Shown: positions 52,677 through 64,000 of the stretch, piece after piece
Position numbering within the stretch: the first letter of the stretch is position 1
How the letters are laid out: each line of letters opens with the position of its first letter
NCBI RefSeq assembly: GCF_964355755.1
Contig: NC_092671.1
Location: 22,580,070-22,644,069 of the forward strand
Direction of reading: 5' to 3'
DNA length: 64,000 nt
Source: Antedon mediterranea
Taxonomy: Eukaryota > Animalia > Echinodermata
Notes under the pieces: generated by a model
What the model was told of the DNA's origin: nothing
What the model saw: the letters and a program-made list of their open reading frames with translations, nothing else
Databases searched by the model: none
Made by a program: the position numbers and the translations under genes

Positions 52677-53998
52677 TGTAATAAAAAAAAAGCGCGAGGT
52701 CGTATGAACAATTTGAGAAATCCGCCGGGGGGGCCGCCAGACCAAAGATACTGTAATGATTTTGGGGGAAGATAAAAAACATAGAGGGCAGCAGAGGAGC
52801 AGGGAGTGGAAGAAAAGATGAGCTGGGAGTTAAAAAAGGAGAGGAAGGAGAGAGCAGACGTATAATTTAGAGCAGAGATATTAGAGAGATTAAAAAGAAA
52901 ACAAGTGTCCATGAGGAAACTAACGTTGAGTAATAAAAGAGAGAATTACAGAAACAGTAAGTAGTAAGTGTATTATTTCGTGATTTCTTGTTACAAAATT
53001 AACAGTGAGAAAGTGACAGGTTAGCCCGAGGCTACGCTCACTGTTTTGTATTGGAGGTTACACCATTGTGTTGGTGTACGTTGCTGTGGAGGTTACACCA
53101 TTGTGTTGGTGTACGTTGCTGTGGAGGTTACACCTTAGTTGGTGGTTACGTACAGTTGGAGGTTACACCATTGTGTTGGTGTACGTTGCTGTGGAGGTTA
53201 CACCTTAGTTGGTGGTTACGTGCAGTTGGAGGTTACACCATTGTGTTGGTGTACGTTGCTGTGGAGGTTGCACCATTGTGTTGGTGGTTACGTGCTGTGG
53301 AGGTTACACCTTAGTTGGTGGTTACGTGCAGTTGGAGGTTACACCTTAGTTGGTGGTTACGTGCAGTTGGAGGTTACACCTTAGTTGGTGGTTACGTGCA
53401 GTTGGAGGTTACACCTTAGTTGGTGGTTACGTGCAGTTGGAGGTTACACCTTAGTTGGTGGTTACGTGCAGTTGGAGGTTACACCTTGGTTGGTGGTTAC
53501 GTGCAGTTGGAGGTTACACCTTAGTTGGTGGTTACGTGCAGTTGGAGGTTACACCACAGTTGGTGGTTACGTGCAGTTGGAGGTTACACTGCAGTTGGAG
53601 GTTACACCTTAGTTGGTGGTTACGTGCAGTTGGAGGTTACACCATAGTTGGTGGTTACGTGCAGTTGGAGGTTACACCATTGTGTTGGTGTACGTTGCTG
53701 TGGAGGTTACACCATTGTGTTGGTGGTTACGTGCAGTTGGAGGTTACACCATTGTGTTGGTGTGCGTTGTTGTGGAGGTTACGTGCGGGCGGTGGTTACG
53801 CTACTATTTCCAGTCCGGCGTAATAACAGAACTAATCAGATTAATTATTATAATCACTTGTACCAATAAATTAGAAATCAGAGAAGAATAAAGGAGGTTA
53901 CTCCAAAGATTGTAATTGATTTGTGTGTTTAGTTCATTCGTGGTACCGCAGACCTTTCCCCAAAAAGGGAACGAACCCGAGGACGGATTTTCGTTACA
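52677..53998. mobile_element. Solo LTR (1322 bp)
   Basis: TGTAA...TTACA termini with 4-bp TSD ATAC (52673-52676, 53999-54002); no coding region. Confidence 0.8.
53052..53790 (+). repeat. 35-bp minisatellite, ~21 units, two interleaved variants
   Basis: TGGAGGTTACACCTTAGTTGGTGGTTACGTGCAGT and TGGAGGTTACACCATTGTGTTGGTGTACGTTGCTG. Confidence 0.95.
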
Positions 53999-54002
53999 AT
54001 AC

Positions 54003-56072
54003 TATAGCGCCACGAAGTGGCGCAAGATATAGGGAAGTCCTATCTCTTATACACTGCGCATGAGTGAAATTCCATGGGCAGCCATTCCGGCAAGCAAGTT
54101 ACGCGATCACATACCCCGGAAGTGTATAATAAACCATTGAACCACATCCACGTGTGACGTGTTATTGTTTGTTCGGGAAGTTTTCTCGTGTTGTATTGGG
54201 TAAATTGTAGTGGTAAGTTTTTATAATATATATTTTTTTGTTAGTAAACATTAACAAAATTATTAAATTGTTGTTTAAATTTAGTTCAGGCAGGCGTTTC
54301 TGCGCAATCCGATCTAGGGCCTAGATAGTAGTAGGCCTAGGCATATTTAATGCCTATACTACTAGGCCTAGTTTAGTTAGTATGATTAATAAAAAAAAGT
54401 CTGGGAGGATGAATGATATTGATTGGCGTCTTGATAGATGGATCAAACAAGGCTTGGATGGATGGAAGAAAAGCTGTTCGGGAATTAGGAGTTTTTAATA
54501 AAAATGTACAAGACAATATAGCGTTTTATTAATAATAACATTAACAGAAATAATTAAATGTAATGAAATAAAAAATCGTGAGGATGTTATTGTTTGTTTT
54601 TTTTTATTTAATAAATTTAAATTATAAATTTGATCCTCATATTTATTTTGTTCTTCATCTTTATTTGAAAAATATTTAGTTAATTAATGTAAACATTTTT
54701 GAATACTTACAATATTAATAAATAGTAGGCTATTGACTTTTGTTTTGAATTTAAAAATGTATAGTATTTTAAAATACTATAATAACATAAGTAATCAAAT
54801 GATTATGTAAGAGTTCGAAAAGTGACCAAATAATTTAATGATATATTTTTCCCTATTTCAGAAAGATGTCTGTCATCATACTGTAAAATTGAGAAGATAG
54901 ATGATTGAGTGCAAAGTGGTATTTTACACAAGAATTAAATACAAAGGCCAATAGTAATAATAGTAATAATAGTTTATATTTTTTATTCTTGAAAAGGAGC
55001 AGTATCCTATGGGATTACAAATAAACTCACTATTTTCACACACCTCATACTTTAAAGTGAAAGGAAATAACCAGAATTCAGTTATTATCAGTACTGTTGT
55101 TTAGGCCTATTGGCTTCTTTTGTAATACAAGAAATCAAAATAATAGAATTTTCCTTGTATTTAAGAAGGCTTAAAACCATACATTCGTAATTTATTTATT
55201 GAGTGTATTTAATTATTCCATCATTATTTATTAATATTGTATAAAGTGAGATTTTTCAGTATTTTTATTGCATTTTAATCCTGTCTGTAATATTGAAAGT
55301 TGAGCTAATAAAAGTGGGTTGAAAAGAACAAATTATGATTATGAATTTTTAAAATTAATATTTAATACTTTTACTTTTTTGAAATTAAAAAAATGTAACA
55401 ATTGTTTTTGTATCTAGTACAGTATACTACAGTTGTGGCAGATCGTAGTAAAATTCCCCTTGCAATGAAATAACTTTGTATTTGTAGGCCTGAAGCACAC
55501 AAAATAGAAAGAGAGGGTCCGAACAGGGGAAAGAACATCCCCCTGCCTATCAATTTAAAAAAAAAAAAATTAAAAAGACAGTTTTGGACAATATATTTGG
55601 CAATTATTACAATTCATCTCCAAAAAATGCTTCTCTCGCACATAAACTAAGCCATCATCCCAGCCTAGGCCAAACGCGGCCGACCTTGGGCGTGAAGTGC
55701 GTAGCATCGCGCTGCGCCCCGCGACACTATTTATAACTATGCCTCAACGGACTGCCTACAAAACTCGTCCTCCATACAGTCAGTGTTTATTCTGTAGCCG
55801 TTTGAGGTTGGACAGTGATATACGCATATGTAATTGTAATATCAAATGGAGTAAATTTATATAATCGAATTTTATATAGATGTTCTTTCATTTTGACGCG
55901 AAAGATAAAATAAAGTCGTACTATTTATCGCGTAGATGTAAATCCTATTTGTTTACATTGATTTGGTGGCGTGCCGCATTGCCTACTGGGTAATCCGCTT
56001 GCCGGAATGGCTGCCCATGGAATTATCATTTTTCGAGCGTCAGTTCCATATCTTGCGCCACGTGGCGCTATA
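54003..56072. mobile_element. Unclassified non-autonomous TIR element with bipartite inverted ends
   Basis: TATAGCGCCACG(AA)GTGGCGCAAGATAT is inverted at 56048-56072; second block AATTCCATGGGCAGCCATTCCGGCAAGC (54067-54094) is inverted at 55997-56024. Confidence 0.8.
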
Positions 56073-56671
56073 CGATCTTTGCGCCAGACGATTTGTTGAC
56101 AACTCATTTCTCGAACAGCTCTGTGATTGGTTGAGAAGTTTTCGCTTCGCAAAAAGTAGAAACAATTCGAACTAGTAAATTTCGCTGAAGCGAAAAATCA
56201 AAGGAACTAGAATTCGTCGAAGAAGGGAGTATGACAGACAGAAACTCGAATACGCATGCGCATAGCATGACGCTTTCGATTCGCGCGAACAAATTCGCCT
56301 AGTGGAAAATAGGCTTAAGACGCACACTTAATTTAGAGGTCAAATTTTCGTGTCAAAAGTGCGACTTATACACCGAAATATACGGGTAATCATTTTCAAA
56401 GGCACTTATTACACCGGTAATTTTTTGGATCAAACTTGAATGGAAACATACTCCCATAAAGCAGCTAGTAATCAGCGCAAAGCTGTGTCTTGATCTTTAA
56501 ACCGGGTACCCATTTTATACACCTGGGTTGGGAGTCGTTATATCATGTTACATCCAGGGACCAAAATGCGTTTATTTTTCAGGTGAAAATAGGCAATTCA
56601 TTTGCAACTCTTAGAAATATACAGACACATATTGCTCGATGTTGTACACTCATATTTGATGTTTATTGACC

Positions 56672-57648
56672 CAGTGGCAGATCTAGGGGGGGGGGGGGCG
56701 CGTAAAGGCTGGCCACGAAATTTGTTGAAACATAGATACTTACACACTGTTTATAGGCAAGAGCAACTGTTACATAATTTAATTTTAATTAAATCTATCC
56801 GAAATAATGGAGGTCTACGGATGTTTTTCGATGAACTAAAAATAAATTTGATCGAAAAACACTTGAAACGTCATGAACATTTAGTAATGCGGTACTCTGA
56901 AAATGCCTCGATAGTGCATGCGTTAGTATACAGTACCATACTGTGTTTTGGTGGTCTGTAACCTCAGATATACCCTACAGCCGGGTGAATAACTCTATGT
57001 AATTTAGTATACAATGATTGAAGTAAACGCCGTGTCCATAACACAAATCAATAAAACGCCAAATACGCCACACACTTTTTTCGGCCGTGTACATACAAGA
57101 CATTTCATGTTTATTTTATGCCTATGAAATAATAAAATAACACCATATTTCTAGTTTATTATTTTATAAAAAACCTTCATACACAAGAAAAAAATTCAGG
57201 ATATTACACTCCACTCTGTACAGGGGTGTAAATATACCACGCTAACTCTTGCACAAAGGGACCAGGGCGGTAATTAACTGAAATGGAAAATGAAGTTGTC
57301 AACATTTACACGGCGAGGATCAAGCTAGAAAACGTGACGCTGGTAGTAGGAGTGCGTCTGTTGTGAAAATAACTTGTGGGTATTTCCCGAAGATTTTAAA
57401 TCATGTTTTCTTTTTCAACTCTTGAATTCATAAATATTAATTAAACTTATAGCTCTTTCACTATGTAGGCCTATTTACACAACTATAATGCTAACCCTAG
57501 TTCTAGGCTACTCTTCTTAATTAAAAGAGTCAGGTGTGTCGAATCCACGTCTAGCGATGGTCGCGGGTTGGTTGCATCTTTTTTTTTTTTTTTGGAGAAT
57601 TAAGTGGGGTGACTAACCACCCTATTCATCCCCCTAGATTCGTGACTG
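56672..57648. mobile_element. hAT-like MITE
   Basis: CAGTGGCAGATCTAGGGG / CCCCTAGATTCGTGACTG; 5-bp TSD TGACC. Confidence 0.7.
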
Positions 57649-59299
57649 TGACCCTTATTGTTAATGTACTTATCAGTTTCAAATTAATATTGACATACTA
57701 TACTATACATACTATACTATACTATACATACTATACTAGGCTTACTGTAGTTTGTGACTTTGTTTTACTCCACCCCCCCCCCCCCCCTGAAAATCTGATC
57801 TGATCTGATCAAATGTGCAAAACAACCACAAATGATGAAATAAAGATCACCCACAAATGTGGAGTTATTTCATTAATATTCCTAAATCTAGATAATATCT
57901 CCTACTGTTTTAATACTTGAATTCAATCAAGATTGACAGAATATTAATTTTTTGTTACAATGTTATGCATGATATACATATTCTCCCATAACCTCTGAGT
58001 TTTGATTTCATATACTAGAGGAAGTGTAGACGATGGTTCTCGAAATGATAATGTTCTCCTTGTACGTTTTCTGTCGGTTACCATTATTGAAAATGCTTGA
58101 CATTCGTAAAACTAAACTACTTTGTTTCACAGTGTTTTATTAGATGATTTATAACATTTTAAAGTATTGTGTTTATTGTTTGGTAGGGCCCTTTGAGGAG
58201 GCGGAGTTCATTTGAGGGAGGTGCTTATTCGAGGGATATATGTTAATTTTTTTAGTTTTAATAATATGGTAATCAAATGAAATCCTCTAATAGATATGAA
58301 AAGTGGTAAAAAAGAATAACAAATGCTTGGTAAATTGTAGATAACAGTGCAATGAATTCTACTACAAATAGTATAATTGTGTTATTATAAATGTGGATGG
58401 ACGTTTATTAGATAGTTGGGTTGGGTTGGGGGGGAGGGGGGGGGATTATTATTCAAAGTGATGTTTTATTGGAGAGGCATTTATTCAAGTAAATACCATC
58501 CTAATAATTATTAATACATTATTTAATTTAAACATCTTTTGAAACTAACTGCTGTGACAGAGTGGGCCCAAGAAAGAAGATATTATGGCTTGCAGCATGG
58601 GCAGACATCACGGTCCTAACGGGACACAGGGAGATAGCCTACAGTTATTCCTGCCAGCTTACTCAATAAAACTCAGTTATCGGGATTTCACTCGATTTTA
58701 AACAAAATGTCTTATCATCAAATCTCCCTATGTAATTTTATAATACTATTCCCCACAATATATTCCGATTCTTTATGGCGTATATTTAATTTGATCTTTA
58801 TTAATTTGCAGTATAATTTTTATTTTTAACTACTGTACCTTCACACACTCGCGGTCCGTTTTTAAAATAAACAAAAAACTGAAATGGCTATGACTAATGG
58901 CCAACTTAAGCTCCAGTCCTACTATTTGATTTTTTTTTTGTCTTCCAAAGGGACACTGTATTGATTGATGGAAAGTGCCTGTTTCCAGTAGCCTTTAGGG
59001 TCAAATCTATTATTTGAACTGCTCCCTTGTGTATAAAACCAGGTTGTTGCAAGGTGAACTTATCGTAAACCCGGAAATTACTTTGACCGCGAAGAATTGA
59101 AATTGAGTTGAAAATCTACTGTTGAAATCATACATTTTGTTATCTGAGATAGATAAGGTAGGTATCCAAGGCGGAGATTTATACCGAAGTTTTTGCATTG
59201 TGCTTGCCTATGTCAGAATTAACCATAATTTATATATAGATACATTGAGGGTTTTTGCATAAATATTATTATACTGTATACAGGCATATTTTTATAGAA

Positions 59300-59560
59300 T
59301 TCATTAACATATTTGAGTGCATGCTTCTCTAAGTTTGCTTCTTTCATACTTAATGTACTGTATATTAGATTTGGGATTAATTTCCACTTTACTGGGCCCA
59401 GGCTTAGTAAACGTTTTACCAAACCTAACTTTAAAGATTCAATCATAGAGTTAAGGTCAATCATGTTAACCCCACCCTTTCCAATGTTTTGTTTATTTCT
59501 TTTAATTTTTCTTTTTTTTTTCTTTATAACCACTTCATAAATAGTTGTATACAATTTATA
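59300..59560 (-). pseudogene. Tx1/L1-clade LINE fragment (post-RT region)
   Basis: KIKR...GGVNMIDLNSMIESLKLGLVKRLL....WKLIP. Confidence 0.65.
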
Positions 59561-59671
59561 GTGTTTATTGCCCAAAAATGAATAGTGTAGCCATAATAAA
59601 TGCAACTGTGTTATGACAAATCATTTTAAGTCAACGTAACATTTTAACATAACATTTTAAGAGTCATATTC

Positions 59672-60290
59672 ATTATTGGTTATCCGCACTTGGAGCACCA
59701 CCCCTTGTTATTTATTGTCAGGATATTATTCTTCTTTCTTTCCAAAAATTTTGTTCGCAGCGTATCTCTAATTCTTGTTAACATAAGATTGTATAACTTT
59801 GTCAGAAGATTGACCTCTAACTGTAGATGTGCAAGAAACTTTGTTATATGACTTTAGAGTTGCACAGCTTAAGTTATTTTATGAAATTTTTTGGTTGCTC
59901 ATAAATTCTGAGCAAAAATTATTTTTCAATGAAACTTTATGAAAGTGTATTTCATAATATGGAGCAACTTTTAACATGATAAAAAAGGCGTGCTACGCAA
60001 AAAATTATGCAAGTACGCGTATTTGAAATTTCAAATTTTGAAATCTACCCAGTATAAATATAAATTTCAATCAAATGCGCAAAATTAATTTCTAATCAAT
60101 TTTGCGTACATTTCAGGTAAATTTGAGCATTTCAAAATTGTTTGCGTTTGGCGCACGCACTTGTGCGAACAGCTCGTACAAAGTGTAGAAAAATAGTTTT
60201 TGCAATTGATTTTTGTTTTTCATACCGTCTGTAGTATATTTCATTCATTTTGATGAACTTTATTGCAAAATTACAATGAACGTGCACGTT
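59672..60290 (+). mobile_element. 5' part of another HINE-like copy, truncated by the LINE
   Basis: ATAAGATTGTATAACTTTGTCAGAAGATTGACCT.. matches 36145-36180; TGCGCAAAATTAATTTCTAAT resembles ~38176. Confidence 0.7.
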
Positions 60291-60299
60291 AAACTTTAA

Positions 60300-63200
60300 T
60301 AATCGTGTGCTGTATTAGCTGTGAGATACACGGGCAAGGAGCTGCACGAACTACGTAATAACAACACATGTTGTGAGGCGGCCATTTTTTAAATTCCGTA
60401 CGAGTTGTCCAGACAAAACCTCTCGTCTTATTTATATAGGAAAAAGAATCGGAAGAGAGGGAAAAAGGTGGTATTAAACAACGCTTACGCCGTAGATTAA
60501 ATAGACTTCCATTGCCCTCAATTCTTCTCACGAATTTAAGGTCAGTAAAAAATAAAACTGATGAACTAAGTGCTCTTGTTAAATTAGGTCGTACCTACCG
60601 TGACGTTAACCTTATTTGCATCACCGAAACGTGGCTCAATGAGCAAGTACCTGATAGCAGTGTAAAGATAAATGGTTTCTTGTGTGTTCGCGGAGGAAAT
60701 ACACTTGATTGTTGCTATTGTAATATACCGCAGGCTTATAAATCGTTCAAGTTATCTGGAATCGGTGCGTCGGATCACCAAGTTATACAGCTATTGCCAA
60801 GTTATAAACAAAAATTGAAGTCAAGTAAGGTGGACACCAAATCGATTAAATTATGGTACCCCGAACACCTTGAAAACCTTAAGGGCTGCCTAGAGGCTAC
60901 AGAATGGAGTGTCCTGATTAAAAACACTAGTGATATCCATGAACTAACTGAAACTGTGTCGTCATATATCTCTTTTTGTGAGGAATTAACCATCCCTCGT
61001 AAGCAGGTGAAATTGTACCCAAATGACAAGCCCTGGTTAGATCATAATGTTAAGGTGGCCTTAAAAGCCAAATCACTTGCATTTAAGAATAATGACCATG
61101 CTGGCCTTAAGTTAGCTAAATCAAACTTGAAATATTGTATAAAAAAAGCTAAACAGAAATTCAAGGAAAAAATTGAGAAAAATTTCGCAGAGAATAAATC
61201 CAAGGAGACTTGGAATGATGTTAAATCACTAACTGGGTGTAAAAATAAAACTTCCTTTAAAATGCTCACAGGTTTCAATGATGAAAAATTGGCACGATCG
61301 TTAAATGAATTTTATTGTAGATTTGACACTGATAATTTTGAGGAAGTGACCCTCACTTTTTGTAATAATAAATAAAATAATTTGATCGTACTTTGGAATC
61401 GAATAAGCCTAAAGGCGGTGGAATATGTTGTTACATAAATGATAGATGGTGCTCAAATATTACAGTTATTGACAAAGTCTGCACTGCAGATTACGAATTG
61501 CTGTCACTGACACTTAGGCCTTTTTATTTGCCAAGAGAATTTGGTTGCATTAAAGTTATTGTTGTTTATGTGCCAGGATGCATTTCAATTGCTGCGGATG
61601 CTATAGCTGAGCACACACATAGACTCCAAGCTCGCTCTCCTGAGAGCCCTGTCCTAATTCTAGGAGATCTGAATCAGTGTAAACTTAACTGTGTCTTACC
61701 TAATTTTAAACAGTATGTCTCATGTGCGACAAGAGGAGGAAATACACTTGATTGTTGCTATTGTAATATACCGCGGGCTTATAAATCGTTCAAGTTATCT
61801 GGAATCGGTGCGTCGGATCACCAAGTTATACAGCTATTGCCAAGTTATAAACAAAAATTGAAGTCAAGTCAGGTGGACACCAAATCGATTAAATTATGGT
61901 ACCCCGAACATCTTGAAAAGCTTAAGGGCTGCCTAGAGGCTACAGAATGGAGTGTCCTGATTAAAAACACTAGTGATATCCATGAACTAACTGAAACTGT
62001 GTCGTCATATATCTCTTTTTGTGAGGAATTAACCATCCCTCGTAAGCAGGTGAAATTGTACCCAAATGACAAGCCCTGGTTAGATCATAATGTTAAGGTG
62101 GCCTTAAAAGCCAAATCACTTGCATTTAAGAATAATGACCATGCTGGCCTTAAGTTAGCTAAATCAAACTTGAAATATTGTATAAAAAAAGCTAAACAGA
62201 AATTCAAGCAAAAAATTGAGAAAAATTTCGCAGAGAATAAATCCAAGGAGACTTGGAATGATGTTAAATCACTAACTGGGTGTAAAAATAAAACTTCCTT
62301 TAAAATGCTCACAGGTTTCAATGATGAAAAATTGGCACGATCGTTAAATGAATTTTATTGTAGATTTGACACTGATAATTTTGAGGAAGTGACCCTCACT
62401 TTTTGTAATAATTTAGATACCGGAAGTAATTCTGTTAACATCTCAGTCGAAGATGTTACACAGCTCTTTCGTAAAATTAAAATTAGGAAAGCAGCTGGTC
62501 CCGATGGACTAGCAGGTATTTTAATTAGAGAATGTGCAACTCAAATATCCCCCATTTTTCAACATATTTTTCAGCTAACACTAAAATCAGGTGTTATTCC
62601 CTCCATTTGGAAACATTCATTAATTGTCCCCGTTCCTAAATCGTCTACTGTAAACAACTTGAATGATTACCGACCAATCGCCTTGACCTCTCTGATCATT
62701 AAGTGTTTAGAGAGATTCATTGTAAATTTAATTAAGCCTGTTTTAGAACCAAAACTTGATTCCATGCAGTTCGCATACAGGGCGCATCGTGGTGTGGAGG
62801 ATGCTACAGCAACCCTTGTCCACTATATCAAAAAGCATCTTGAAACCTGTAACTCCTATGCTCGTCTTCTTTTTATCGACTTTTCCTCTGCTTTCAACAC
62901 CTTGCAAAGTCACGTGCTTCTTCCTAAACTTCTTAATTTTGGTATTAACCCATATCTTATTCTTTGGATCCGAAATTTTCTCCACCTTAGATCCCAACAG
63001 GTTATTGTAAATAAAACATCTTCTCCTATCATCTTTAATAGCACTGGTTCTCCACAGGGGTGTGTCCTTTTCCCCCTGCTGTACATTCTCTACACTGACG
63101 ATTGTCGTGCCCTGTATGATAACTGCATGGCAATCAAATACGCTGATGACACTGTTCTTGTTAGTCTTATAAATAATAACCAATCTGTTAATAATTACTA

Positions 63201-63986
63201 TAATGTTGTAAACCATTTCACTAATTGGTGTAAAGACCATTTACCTTAAAATTAATTTAAACAAAACATGTGGATAGACAAAAAATAGGTCAGTTCATGA
63301 GCCCCTTAATATAGGAAATGAGTTAATTAAAGTTGTCCCATAGTATAAATATCTAGGAACTATAATAGACGAAAAGCTGGACTGGTGTAATAACATTAAA
63401 AAACTCTATAAAAAAGGACAACAACGGCTATATCTGTTAAGACAACTTAGGAAATTTAATGTTAGTAAACAAATTCTTATACTGTTCTACCAGTCAACCA
63501 TACTTAGTGTTATCTTTTTGTAGAATTATCTGGGAGGGTTGTTTATATGAAAAAGATAAGGAACTATTAAATAAAATTACCAGAAGGGCTGGGCGGGTTA
63601 TTGGAGTTGATGTATCCGTTCTTAATTTCAACTACGATGCAGGTGTTCTCTCCTTGGTAAAACATATACTCTCCCAAACAGACCACCCGCTCCATAAGGA
63701 ATACATTTTTCTTCCATCAAATATTCGTATCCGTCTGCCTCGAAGCCGTACTAAATGCTACAATAAATCATTTGTCCCACAGTCTATTGTCACCTATAAC
63801 AAACTTGTCCAGCGCTAACTCATGGAGAGAACACCTGGATTGTAGACTTTTTGATATTTTATTGTGATTTTCTATATTGACTGTTTTCTGCATGTACGTA
63901 TATTGTTATTATCTCTGCAGTGTATATAAGAGGAATTTCTAATGTATTTTTATATTGGACCAAATAAAGAATAATAATAAATAATA
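60300..63986 (+). mobile_element. Near full-length Rex1/Babar-like LINE (APE-RT) disrupted by an internal insertion and 3' frameshifts; (AAT)n tail
   Basis: RKRGKKGG...LPSILLTNLRS, ITETWL, GDLN, SDH, DYRPIALTS, YARLLFIDFSSAFNT, GSPQGCVL, KYADD. Confidence 0.92.
60692..61380 (+). repeat. 678-bp copy of 61735-62412 plus an 11-nt A-rich tail, inserted upstream within the same LINE
   Basis: Offset 1043; 5 substitutions seen; removal restores GFLCVRFDRTLESNKPKGGG. Confidence 0.93.
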
Positions 63987-64000
63987 GGTAATTTAATACA

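Larger units (their letters stand above)
48898..56315. mobile_element. PIF/Harbinger DNA transposon (two convergent genes) with three nested insertions
   Basis: TAA TSD; 37-bp TIR AGCC(G/T)ATTTTCCACTAGGCGAATTTGTTCGC(A/G)CGAAT. Confidence 0.95.
47274..56385. mobile_element. Second copy of the CCGTA MITE, expanded by nested insertions
   Basis: Collinear with 46402-47222 after removing 47579-48397 and 48898-56318. Confidence 0.92.
47229..56535 (-). mobile_element. SINE of the 43.5-kb family split into 47229-47273 and 56387-56535 by a 9.1-kb nested insertion
   Basis: CCACATTTATATAGCACCATTTTCATGAGTA continues as TAATCATTTTCAAAGGC...GGGTACCCATTTTATACACCTGGG, collinear with 43541-43720. Confidence 0.85.

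Noticed and set aside
53052-53790. CRISPR-like periodic array and repetitive ORFs (WRLH/GGY/LEVTP)
   Set aside because: No unique spacers and no cas genes; a minisatellite in a solo LTR whose ORFs are artefacts of the repeat
56540-59670. Search for further WDSUB1 exons
   Set aside because: No stretch with both splice sites and a WD40 motif was found; short exons could have been missed

Overview
AT-rich animal genomic DNA (probably a marine invertebrate), almost entirely transposable elements and their decay products. There are no prokaryotic systems. Two spliced minus-strand exons absent from the ORF track lie among the repeats: 46102-45964 (a WD40 repeat) and 40232-39993 (most of a SAM domain). 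They splice in frame and match WDSUB1 (WD40-SAM-U-box), so much of the window is probably intron. Elements include a young Mag-like Ty3/gypsy element with apparently identical LTRs (2838-7302), a second decayed Mag-like element split by a TTAA-flanked DNA transposon and a LINE, a Gmr1-type LTR element with INT-RT-RH order (17963-24177), Penelope, CR1/L2, RTE-like, Tx1 and Rex/Babar LINE pieces, tRNA-SINEs and arrays of Helentron-associated (DINE-1/HINE-like) elements. A four-level nest at 47.2-56.5 kb can be reconstructed: SINE > Tc1/mariner MITE > PIF/Harbinger (transposase + MADF-BESS gene) > HINE, minisatellite-bearing solo LTR and a TIR element. I found no clearly new biological system. 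The best leads are the SAM exon bracketed by inverted repeat arrays, a LINE carrying an inserted tailed fragment of its own family, and recurrent TAGGCCTA-type micro-insertions. All comparisons were made by eye; no database searches were run.
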